Virus record (IMG/VR): IMGVR_UViG_3300044730_002015
Span: 64,001-128,000 of that record
Direction: 5' to 3' (one strand)
From: a virus
Length of the DNA stretch: 64,000 nt
Shown here: one piece after another, positions 29,491-39,000 of the stretch
Layout of the letters: each line of letters begins with the position of its first letter
Numbering within the stretch: the first letter of the stretch is position 1
The notes under the pieces: model-generated
Told to the model about the DNA's origin: nothing
Seen by the model: the letters and a program-made list of their open reading frames with translations, nothing else
Database searches by the model: none
Translations under genes and position numbers: made by a program

Positions 29491-29514
29491 GCGAAAAATC
29501 AGTGGGCAATGGGA

Positions 29515-30786
29515 CTAGGTCAATGACAGCACTATAGCACCAGGATTTCCTGCCTGGCCCTGTGGCACCGTAACTCCGCCCAGACCCGACTGTCCCCAGA
29601 GGCTGACAGGACTGTATGCTGGATCTGTGTTGTTGGCTGCTGTTCTCGCAGCGTTGGGAAATGGCGGGCTGGGGTTTGGACCACCCTGCCCCGACAGCGT
29701 AGAACCACCGGTGATATAGGAAGAATTAAAATATCCTGATCCTCCGCCTCCGGCACCTCCTCCGGTGTTGTTGGGCAAGGCCGGTGGTGCAGTTGTGGGA
29801 CTGATCCATTTACCTCCACCTCCACCTCCACGGAATCCACCGCCGCCTCCCCCGGCACCATAAGAAGTTGGTGCCGGACTGGGATAACTGTTGTAGGATC
29901 CTGATCCTCCTTGCGCCCATCCCGGAGCAGGAGGTTGCCCTGGAGAAAACACATTACCGGTACGACCATGTCCTCCCCAATTTTGCAACGGTGGTGCATC
30001 GGGTCTATAGTATGTAGGACCGCTGGGGCCTACCACTGGCACTGCCGGAGCTGGTACGGGTGTGCTGTTGACACCGCCAGAACTGGTTCCTGGGCCATTC
30101 CAGTAAGCACCGCCGCCCCAATAAACTCCTGCTATGGTAGTGGGATATGAATAACCAGCGATGCTACCGTCAGTGGCATTTTGACCACCGCCTCCACCGC
30201 CAATAAACGCACCGTTGGGCCCACCCACAGCTGGATTGATGGGATTTTGTGCTGTGGTTCTTACTCCGGCACCACCTCCGCCACCTGCTACTGCCACCAC
30301 AGCAGATACATTTGAACCCACCAACGGAGCCGGTATGTCTCCTATGTCTATGCCTGTAGCACCACCGCCACCAGCACCTCCGCGTGTGGACAGCGAACCT
30401 CCACCGCCACCAGCAGCCACTACACAGGTATAGGTTTGTCCTTGAGTGATATTCCAAGTTCCGCCGGTATAGCCTGCTCCGCCACCAGGTGATCCTGCGG
30501 TGGTAGGACTGGGTATTCCCGGCACCGGTGATAGTGTACCACCACCTCCACCTCCCCACATTTTAAGCACGATACCGGCTGTGGCTTCGGCTCTGACACG
30601 CCAGGTGCCAGCAGTGCCCATGACCAATGGACCATTGCCTCCCGAAGGAACAGGATTGAGATCCCATGATATGGGAGTAGGACTGCTAGGACTAGATAAT
30701 ATAGTCAATTGACCAACGTTGCCACCACCGCCGCTGGGCACAGGGGCCGCTGTAATATATCCCGGGCCTAGATTGATTCCAGACAT
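29515..30786 (-). CDS. Glycine/proline-rich adhesin-like virion protein (423 aa)
   Basis: Start reassigned to MSGINLGP at 30786, just after the upstream stop; many GGGGG runs and WGGGGGG / VAGGGGGAG motifs. Confidence 0.8.
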   Translation of the reverse strand: MSGINLGPGYITAAPVPSGGGGNVGQLTILSSPSSPTPISWDLNPVPSGGNGPLVMGTAGTWRVRAEATAGIVLKMWGGGGGGTLSPVPGIPSPTTAGSPGGGAGYTGGTWNITQGQTYTCVVAAGGGGGSLSTRGGAGGGGATGIDIGDIPAPLVGSNVSAVVAVAGGGGGAGVRTTAQNPINPAVGGPNGAFIGGGGGGQNATDGSIAGYSYPTTIAGVYWGGGAYWNGPGTSSGGVNSTPVPAPAVPVVGPSGPTYYRPDAPPLQNWGGHGRTGNVFSPGQPPAPGWAQGGSGSYNSYPSPAPTSYGAGGGGGGFRGGGGGGKWISPTTAPPALPNNTGGGAGGGGSGYFNSSYITGGSTLSGQGGPNPSPPFPNAARTAANNTDPAYSPVSLWGQSGLGGVTVPQGQAGNPGAIVLSLT

Positions 30787-30787
30787 T

Positions 30788-33700
30788 TTACTGTACGCCC
30801 GAGCCGCCGATGAACCAAGTGTCGCTGGCAACCTTGGTCAGCGTGGCCACAGCATATCCTGTCAGCGTTCTGTTGCCCGACACTGAGATATTGCCAGCCA
30901 AGTTTAGCGTGACTCCCACTGAAGGAACCACTGTACAATTAGATACGCTGCCATTGAACAACATGACTGCTGTGCCTATGGGAAATGAAACAGAAGAATT
31001 AGCCGGAATGTTTACCTGTATACCATTGGTAGTGGTGTAATAGTGTTTGCCTGCATCAGCAAGACCTAGAGTTTGATTGGTGCTCCACTGTACCTGAGGA
31101 ATGCTTCGGTAACCAATATTAAATCCATTCACATTGCCTTCGGCCATGTTGGCAAAGCCAGTGACAGTGATGTTGCTGAATTGTGCCGTAGTATTGGCCG
31201 TGGCCAGGTAGTTGGCCACGTTGGCATTGGAATACTGTAGATTCTGCAGATTGGCAATGGCTGTGCTTTGCGTGGCAGCGTTGGCATACAAGGCAACAAT
31301 GTCGCTGCTTTGAGCCAAGTTACCTGTGTAGGTAGGCAAATAATTTTGCACATTGGTATTGCCATAGGCATTGACTATACTGCTGTAAGGTATGCCTGTG
31401 ATAGATGCACCGTTGCCAATAAGATATGTACCCTGCACGTTGGCTGTGGTGGTGACATTGCCAGTTAAACTATTGATGGCACCGGTATAGGTAGGTAAGA
31501 ATGCCGCTACATCCGCATTGCTGTAGGTAGCTCCTAGGCCAGTTAAAAATCTGCCATTGCCCAGCAGATAAGTTCCTGTGACATTGCCCTGTACAGATAA
31601 ATCAGGATACATGGTCCAGCGATCGTTGCCGGGCTGTGAAACATAAATGAAGTTGGCTATATCTGGATCAAGGCTGCCAACCATCAATCCGGCACCGTCG
31701 GCCAAGGTGTTGCTGGTAGCATTGGCCGCTACTGTGATAATTTTATTGGTGATATCTAAACTGTTGGCAGTAATAGTGGTTCCAATAACACTGAGATTGC
31801 CACTGATAGTTACATTATTAGATACTGTGATATTATTAGATTGTAAGTTGCCGGTATAGGTAGGCAAATAGTTCTGCACGTTGGTGTTGCTGTAGCCACC
31901 TGTGGCTGCTGAAATATTGCCTATGAGATATGCACCTTGTACATTGGCAGTGGTGGTGACATTGCCAGTTAAACTATTGATGGCACCGGTGTATGTGGGC
32001 AAATAGGCAGCTACGTTGGCGTTGCCGTAGGTGCTGCCGCTTACAATGCCAGTCAAGAAGGCACCGTTGCCTATTATGTAATTGCCAGTGATATTACCAG
32101 TGGTGATAACATTGCCTGTGAGGCTGGGCAGTCCGCCCGAATAAAACTGTAGATAACTGGCTACCTGCGCATTGCCATAGACATAGTATCCTTGCGCTTG
32201 GGTAATATTTCCCAAAATATAACTGGCCTGGACGTTGCCTACTGTAATAACATTGCCAGTCAATGATGGCAATGCACCAGTCAACGACACAAGATTACCG
32301 TTGTAAGTGGGCAGGTACCCGGCTACATTTGAGTTGCCATAGGAACTGCCACCGCTGGTGATACCAGTGAGATAATATCCATTACCAAAGATATAACGAG
32401 TGGCATCGCTGTTGCCAGCATTGCTGGTTCCTAGATAAAGATTTCCAGCTACTGTGGCAGCGCCGGCAGTGACTATGCCGGTGGTGGCACTGACGTTGCC
32501 TACAAATAAATTGCTCCACTGTGCTGTGGTATGATTTTGGATCTTGACACCATTGACGTTGTCATAGCCCGTGGCCACGGTTATGGCAAAATTGCCTGTG
32601 GTATTATTGGCATAAAATCCATCGTCGGTATAGATTCTGTCAAAAGGAGTGTCCTGGCTACCAATGGCTACAAATGCTACATTGGCCAAAGGATACAAGG
32701 CCTCGGCATAGACCGATCCATTGAATCTAGGTATGCCGTCGCTGGCATTGCCGGAACCGATGTTGCCACTGAAGTTATCTAAATTCAAAGCAGCGCCATT
32801 GCCTAATATCCTGTCGCCTTGAATGTTGGCAGTGGTAGTGATGGTGTTGTTACTGGAAATGGCATTGACATAACTGCCCAGCAAAGTTATTACATTGCTG
32901 TTGTCGTATCCGCCGGTGGCAGATCTAATGTTGCCTAACACAAGACCCGAAGTCTGGATATTGCCAGAGAAATTGGCTTCGCCACCGCCAATGGCTGCCA
33001 ACTGGCCGGTGACGGCATCAACAAATTGTATGCCACTGCCGGTATTGCTGGGTCGCAGGCTGGTAGCATTGCCCGAGACACCTGCTGGAATCAAGAAATT
33101 ACCGGCAGCGATGTTGCCAGTGTAAGTGGCCAACAATACAGCAACGTTGGCGTTGTCATATCCCCCGGTGGCAGCACGTATGTTGCCAATAAAGAAATTG
33201 GCCTGTGTATTGGCCGAAGTTATGATATTGCTGGTTAAAGTACCGCTGTTGAGCAAGGCAGCAACATTAGCGTCGCCATAGGTCACATTTCCTGTGGCAG
33301 CGTCCCAATAAAGATTGCCTGCGCCATCGTTGAACAGGGCCTGCCCAGCTGATCCTTGCTGGATAGGAAAATACAAGGCATAGTTATCGCCTGTGCTGCT
33401 GGGAGCCAATATCAAGGTATTGCCATTGTCATTGAGCAAGTTTATATTCTGTGATATCAATGATGCGTCGGATTGAATATTGCCAGTTGAAATAAAATTG
33501 GTATCTACTCCAAAATCTGTACCAGACCAGACCAAGGTAGCCCCGCCTATCGACAGTGTGTTGGACACATAAACGTCTGCCCATCTCAACGAAGGTGTGC
33601 CTAGATCATAGAGAGTGTTGGCACTTGGTATGATGCTGCCGTCAAAGGACTGCAGATACGATTTGACATTTGAGTTACTATAGTTGGCATTACCGCCGCC

Positions 33701-33934
33701 GCCGGCAATTCCGGTTAAAAACGCCCCATTGCCTAGGATATATGCGCCCTGTACATTGCCTGAAGCAGTGACCGTGGTAAAGTTACCAGTATTGGGCGTG
33801 ATATTTCCAATGACTATGTTGTTGATAGCGCCGGTGGTGGCTAGGGCCCAGGCCTGGCCCGTATAGACCCAGGTTTTACCGTTGAAACTATAGGTATCAT
33901 TGACACTGGGGCTGGGCGGAAAATTTAATTGCAT
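30788..33934 (-). CDS. Tail-fibre protein (1048 aa)
   Basis: N-terminus MQLNFPPSPSVNDTYSFNGKTWVY; fibre repeats; C-terminal IGYRSIPQ...GKHYYT...PIGTA domain shared with 35153..35863. Confidence 0.85.
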   Translation of the reverse strand: MQLNFPPSPSVNDTYSFNGKTWVYTGQAWALATTGAINNIVIGNITPNTGNFTTVTASGNVQGAYILGNGAFLTGIAGGGGNANYSNSNVKSYLQSFDGSIIPSANTLYDLGTPSLRWADVYVSNTLSIGGATLVWSGTDFGVDTNFISTGNIQSDASLISQNINLLNDNGNTLILAPSSTGDNYALYFPIQQGSAGQALFNDGAGNLYWDAATGNVTYGDANVAALLNSGTLTSNIITSANTQANFFIGNIRAATGGYDNANVAVLLATYTGNIAAGNFLIPAGVSGNATSLRPSNTGSGIQFVDAVTGQLAAIGGGEANFSGNIQTSGLVLGNIRSATGGYDNSNVITLLGSYVNAISSNNTITTTANIQGDRILGNGAALNLDNFSGNIGSGNASDGIPRFNGSVYAEALYPLANVAFVAIGSQDTPFDRIYTDDGFYANNTTGNFAITVATGYDNVNGVKIQNHTTAQWSNLFVGNVSATTGIVTAGAATVAGNLYLGTSNAGNSDATRYIFGNGYYLTGITSGGSSYGNSNVAGYLPTYNGNLVSLTGALPSLTGNVITVGNVQASYILGNITQAQGYYVYGNAQVASYLQFYSGGLPSLTGNVITTGNITGNYIIGNGAFLTGIVSGSTYGNANVAAYLPTYTGAINSLTGNVTTTANVQGAYLIGNISAATGGYSNTNVQNYLPTYTGNLQSNNITVSNNVTISGNLSVIGTTITANSLDITNKIITVAANATSNTLADGAGLMVGSLDPDIANFIYVSQPGNDRWTMYPDLSVQGNVTGTYLLGNGRFLTGLGATYSNADVAAFLPTYTGAINSLTGNVTTTANVQGTYLIGNGASITGIPYSSIVNAYGNTNVQNYLPTYTGNLAQSSDIVALYANAATQSTAIANLQNLQYSNANVANYLATANTTAQFSNITVTGFANMAEGNVNGFNIGYRSIPQVQWSTNQTLGLADAGKHYYTTTNGIQVNIPANSSVSFPIGTAVMLFNGSVSNCTVVPSVGVTLNLAGNISVSGNRTLTGYAVATLTKVASDTWFIGGSGVQ

Positions 33935-33959
33935 AATTATAAAATCTCAGGGTATGCTA

Positions 33960-33965
33960 TATTTA
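33960..33965 (-). promoter_or_regulatory. T4-like late promoter box CTAAATA
   Basis: Intergenic, 25 nt before ATG 33934. Confidence 0.6.
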
Positions 33966-33996
33966 GTAAAACACGCCAGGACAAATTATGCATTTT

Positions 33997-35139
33997 TTAG
34001 GCAGGTATGGTCCAGGTAGTGCTGCCTGCAATGGTATGACGCACATATGCGCCAGGATTTACAGTGGTCACGGGTGCTGCAGGGCTAAAGGTGCCTTGTA
34101 CCACGCTGCCAGGATACTGTATAATAACAACGCCTGAACCTCCGGTACCTCCGGGTTGAGCAGAAGCGCTGGCCGGTGGGGATTGGGATCTGTATCTAGC
34201 CTGCCCTGACCCACCACCGCCACCGCCAGTATTGACAGTACCGGACGTGCCCGCGCCACCACCGCAGCCCGAAAAGGTAGGTGATGGTTTGACCCAACCC
34301 TGTGATCCTGCACCTCCGCCACCGGCACCACCGTCACCACCGGGCCTAATAGTGCCACAGGTTGTAGGAGTAGGCGTTAATGCGCCAGCTGGTCCACAAG
34401 TTCCACCACCACCACCGCCACCACTGTAGATGCCGCCAAAGGTAGCACTGGTTTGTCCTGATCCGCCTGCACCGCCACCAATGGGATTGCTTGGTCCCGA
34501 GGGTGGGCCTGGGTTTCCTGCTCCTCCGGCACCACCACCGCCACCCCCGCCGCAGATGGCATAGCCCGAAGGAGTTGGTTGCGGTGCTGGACCAGCGGTC
34601 CCACCATTTCCCCCAGCGTTGGCTCCCGAACCTGCCACTGAACCCTGAATGTAACTTGGTCCAGCACCGCAACCACCGCCACCAGAACCCGAACCTTGGG
34701 GTTGTAAATAGCCCGGGCTAGAAGACGATGGCACACCCACGCTGGTGTTAGATGCGCCAGTGATACGACTTCCTCCACCGCCACCACCATAAGACGTTTT
34801 TGGTCCGTTGGGCAGCACAGGAGCAGGGGCCACTATGCTGGTAGCACCGCCCACGCCGCCACTGTCAGTGTAACTGGGATCGGCCAAAGTTGAATTCCTG
34901 CCAGCTGTGCCACCACCGCCCACGGTCAACACAATGGTGCCGGGGCCTTGGATATCAAAATTGGTAGTTTCTACAAATCCACCACCACCGCCACCACCTC
35001 CCCCTTGGGCACCACCGCCTCCACCTCCGCCCACAGTCAGCACTGATGCAGTAAAAAATGGGGCAGGGCTAGGGCTAGGGCTAGGGCTTGGTGAAACCTC
35101 GGGCCCTTTCCATAACAAAGCTTGTTGTATGGCTACCAT
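33997..35139 (-). CDS. Glycine/proline-rich adhesin-like virion protein (380 aa)
   Basis: VGGGGGGG...GGGGGGG and terminal GGTGGSGVVIIQYP motif; PS linker encoded by (agggct)4 near 35065-35088. Confidence 0.82.
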   Translation of the reverse strand: MVAIQQALLWKGPEVSPSPSPSPSPAPFFTASVLTVGGGGGGGAQGGGGGGGGGFVETTNFDIQGPGTIVLTVGGGGTAGRNSTLADPSYTDSGGVGGATSIVAPAPVLPNGPKTSYGGGGGGSRITGASNTSVGVPSSSSPGYLQPQGSGSGGGGCGAGPSYIQGSVAGSGANAGGNGGTAGPAPQPTPSGYAICGGGGGGGAGGAGNPGPPSGPSNPIGGGAGGSGQTSATFGGIYSGGGGGGGTCGPAGALTPTPTTCGTIRPGGDGGAGGGGAGSQGWVKPSPTFSGCGGGAGTSGTVNTGGGGGGSGQARYRSQSPPASASAQPGGTGGSGVVIIQYPGSVVQGTFSPAAPVTTVNPGAYVRHTIAGSTTWTIPA

Positions 35140-35152
35140 ATGTTTGATTGGA

Positions 35153-35863
35153 TTAAATTACATTACTGCCACTGATAAACCATCTATCTGTGGCCACTTT
35201 TAGCAGTGTGGCAGCGCCGTACCAGGACAGTGTTCTAGTGCCAGCAGTGGCATTGCCGCCCAATATCAAGGTCACTCCCACGGCTGGTGCTATGGTGCAA
35301 TTACTGCTGCTTTCATTGACCACGCTGATGGCGGTGCCAATGGGCAAGGTCACTGAACTGTTGGTAGGAATATTCAAAGTGACTCCACCCGAATTGGTGT
35401 AATAGTGCTTACCGCCATCATCGGCTGCAATGGTAGTGGTGTTCCAGGTAATTTGTGGAATACTTCTATAGCCTATGCTGTAGCCATTGACAGTGGCGTT
35501 GATATTTCCTGTGACCAGATTACCAGCTGTGAGATTGCCCGTGACCTGGCAGTATTGATCTACCTGCAGAAAACCGTCGACTTCGACATTGCCTGCAAAA
35601 CTGGAATCGCCGGCACTAAAATCAGCCAGTTGTCCCGAACCTGAATCTACAAAAGCCACGCCGCTGCCAGTGCTGCTGGCTTCTAAAGTAGTGGCATTGC
35701 CCGAGACACCCGCAGGCGATATAAAATCGCTGGCTGATACTGTGCCGCTGAACACAGCGTTGCTGCCTGTATAGGAAGTGGCAGTAAAGCTGGATATAGA
35801 TCCGGTGTTACTGACATTGGCGCTGCGGGCCAGGGCCAGCAGTATTTCATTTCGGATAGTCAT
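35153..35863 (-). CDS. Short fibre/adaptor protein (236 aa)
   Basis: Contains the SGNAT..STGSG module and the same C-terminal domain as 30788..33934. Confidence 0.82.
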   Translation of the reverse strand: MTIRNEILLALARSANVSNTGSISSFTATSYTGSNAVFSGTVSASDFISPAGVSGNATTLEASSTGSGVAFVDSGSGQLADFSAGDSSFAGNVEVDGFLQVDQYCQVTGNLTAGNLVTGNINATVNGYSIGYRSIPQITWNTTTIAADDGGKHYYTNSGGVTLNIPTNSSVTLPIGTAISVVNESSSNCTIAPAVGVTLILGGNATAGTRTLSWYGAATLLKVATDRWFISGSNVI

Positions 35864-35885
35864 AGATAGTTAGAATTGGTTCTAA

Positions 35886-36071
35886 CTATTTAGCAGAATC
35901 GTCTGGGGTCAGCAGTTGTAGAGCAGGCACAGCAGATTTTTGCTGTGCTTCCCATTCACGAGATTCACGCATCAGGGATTCCACCAAAAAATGTACTTCT
36001 TTATAAGGTTTGCCGGATAGATAGTCCAGAACCTGATTTATGGTGGTAGCTTTGAATTGATAGTGTTCCAT
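35886..36071 (-). CDS. Small helical protein, possible fibre-assembly chaperone (61 aa)
   Basis: VLDYLSGKPYKEV motif; lies directly downstream of a fibre gene; ATG 36071 preferred to TTG 36086. Confidence 0.6.
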   Translation of the reverse strand: MEHYQFKATTINQVLDYLSGKPYKEVHFLVESLMRESREWEAQQKSAVPALQLLTPDDSAK

Positions 36072-36093
36072 GGCTTTGCTAGCCAATATTTAA

Positions 36094-39000
36094 TTAGGCT
36101 ATGTTGCCCCAGACAATTTCTTTGGTCACAGTGTTGTAAAACAACATTTTGATATTGGTGTTGGACAACACGTTGGCGCTGCTGTCATTGCGTATGGAAC
36201 TGATAAACAAGGAATTGGCCACGTTGGGCTGCAGATTAGAACCGCTGGCATTCAACACGATAGAGTTGTTGGGCTGACCTATGTTGCCTGTACCGTCGCC
36301 TGCTGCATAACCAATGGCTATGCTGTACAATCCTTGATTATGCTGTGCCGCCTGGTAACCAATGCCGATGGCCCCTTGATTTTGCTTGTTCTGTCCTGCC
36401 CGATAACCCACAGCAATGGCATACTGGCTTTGTGCAGCCACACTGGTATTGTTTCCTGCAGCCTGATAGCCAATGGCTATGGCATACTGTGCTTGTGCAG
36501 TGAGACCAGCGCCTTCGCCGATAGCGATAGCACTTTGTCCTTGATTGTAAGTTGCAGTACCGCCTCCTACAGCTATTGCACCTGCTCCCTGATATTCTTC
36601 TCCGGCGTTGCGACCAACAGCTACACCCCAATACCCTTGATTATTTTTTCCGGCTGCATAGCCAACTGCAGTAGATTGGCTGCCTTGAATGTTACCGCCA
36701 GCATAACTACCAACAGCCACGCCACCCTGGCCCTGATTGATCTGTCCGGCACCATAACCAATGGCCAAGCCATAGGTTTGTTGTCCTGTGTTGCCAGCAT
36801 TGGTACCAATGCCTATGCCACCTATCACGGTGTTGGCGTTGGCGTTGGTACCAAGAGCTAGATAAGTTGATCCAATGGTTAAGCCGCTGACGCTGGCACT
36901 GATGCCTGTGAGATAAGATCCATTACCAAAAAAGTAGTTGGCAGTGATGTTGCCATCGGCCACAATGTCTCCTTGCAGATCAATGTTGCCGCTGGCCTGT
37001 ATGTTGGCCACATCTATGTCTAGGAATACATTGGGATCAGCACTGTCTGTAAATGTCACAAAAGGAGCACTGTAGCCAATGGTAGCGCCCGAAGTAAGAT
37101 TCAATGAGTTTGAGGTGATATTGCCATTGGCTACATCAAGATTGGTGATAGAAAGTGTGCCATTGACATTGGCATTGCCATATATCAACAGTGTGTTGCC
37201 TTCTAACACATTGCCGTAGATGTTGCCGGCTATGACACCAACTGGTGCTCCCGAAACAGCATCCACGATGCTGATACCAGTGTCAATGCTGCTGGGCTGA
37301 ATTTTTGTGGCGTTGCCTGCGGCTCCGGCCGGAATTATGATATTGCCATAGATGTTTCTAAATGTAACAGCTGAATTGCCAAGATCGTAGGTGGCATTGG
37401 CATTGGCTATGATGTTGCCATCGAACACTGACAGATATGATTTGACATTAGCATTGCCATAGGTACCGGCGCCGCCGGAGATACCAGTCAAGAACGCACC
37501 GTTGCCCAGCACATAACCAGCTGACACATTGCCAGTGGTAATGATATTACCAGTGATGGTGCCACTGGCTAGATAAGCGGCCACGTTGCTGTTGCCGTAG
37601 CCTGAATTGGCATAAGTGGTGGTGGAATTGTCTATGCTGACAGCAGCTTCCATTTCAGCCCACTGGCTGTTGCCGCTGGAAGTAAAGTAAACAAATTGCG
37701 TGCCAGTGTTGCCTTGTATCCAGACATCACCCTGGCTGGGCGACACCGGCGCAGTGTTGCTGACAGTGAGCATACCGCTGGCAGTGATACCGGTCAGCAA
37801 TGAACCGTTGCCCAAGAAATACTGTCCGGTGATATTGCCTTGGGTGATTATTTGGATGTTGGCATTGCTGGCCAAATAACTGGCCACATTACTGTTGCTG
37901 TACAAACTGGTGATATCTACTATGTTGCCCACGCTGGGGCCAACGTCAACGGTGTCACCTGTGACCAGATACGTGTCAATGGTCAAGTTGGAACCTGATA
38001 TACTGTAGTTGCCTAGATATTGATAAGCGCCATTGACATACACGCTCATGGCATTGCTTTGGCTGTTGTAATACTCTAGATAGCCATTGCTGAATGTTTG
38101 ATTGGATCCATTGCTGGACACACTGAAATGCACCGAAGGTATGGTCACTCCCGAGCCGTTGCCGCCAGTGGCCACGATGCCAGCCAGGTATCTACCATTG
38201 CCATAATAGTAGACGTCAGTGTCGCTGAGATTGCCTATGTCAGTGCTGTTGCCTAGATATAGGTTGCCCGTGATATTGACTGTGGCATTGGGATTGACAG
38301 TGACAGCATTGGCACCACTGGTGGTCAACACCAATGGAAATGCCGAAGCAGCTCCGCCCAGTCCTACAGCAGCATAGTTGGGATAAGCAGTGAGATCCAA
38401 CTGCAGACCATTGCCGCTTTGTATCTTGACATTGGCCACTGTGGAGGAACCATTGGTGCCCACGTGCAGATTGGCCAAGGGATCTAAAACATTGATGCCC
38501 ACGTGCGGCTGATTGTATTTCAGTACCAGGTGCTTGATGTTTGCTGTGTTGAGATTCTGATAAATCCAGAAATTTTGATTCTCGCCAGCAAAACCTGTGT
38601 CGCTGGTGTAACGCAAGGCCCAGACATTGGCATTGCTTTGATTGACAAACTGCAGATCCACGTGATCAAGACTGCTGTTGGCCAACAGGCGTAGAGCCTG
38701 GCTGTTGCCTTGTGTGGCGTTGGGGCCTGTGCCTGTGGTGCGGAACTGTGCCTGACCTACTGCATCCAGTCTAGCCACTGGAGATTCTGTAGACAGGCCA
38801 ATGTTGCGGCTGCCATCAACAAATATAGCAGTGGTGCCGGTGCTGCTGTTGGCCAAGAAAAATGTATTGTTGCTGTCGCCTATGCCCAGTGTATAGCTGC
38901 CAGTGTTGGGTCCGGCCTGGCGACTCAGTGTCAAACCTTGTGCCAGTCTGTTGGCGCCAATGCTGTTGATGTGCGTGATGCTCACGGGAGTCTGTGTGCC

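Noticed and set aside
4644-37770. Diversity-generating retroelement TR/VR pair among the duplicated modules
   Set aside because: No reverse transcriptase in the window; both copies are internal coding sequence and the differences I compared are not adenine-specific
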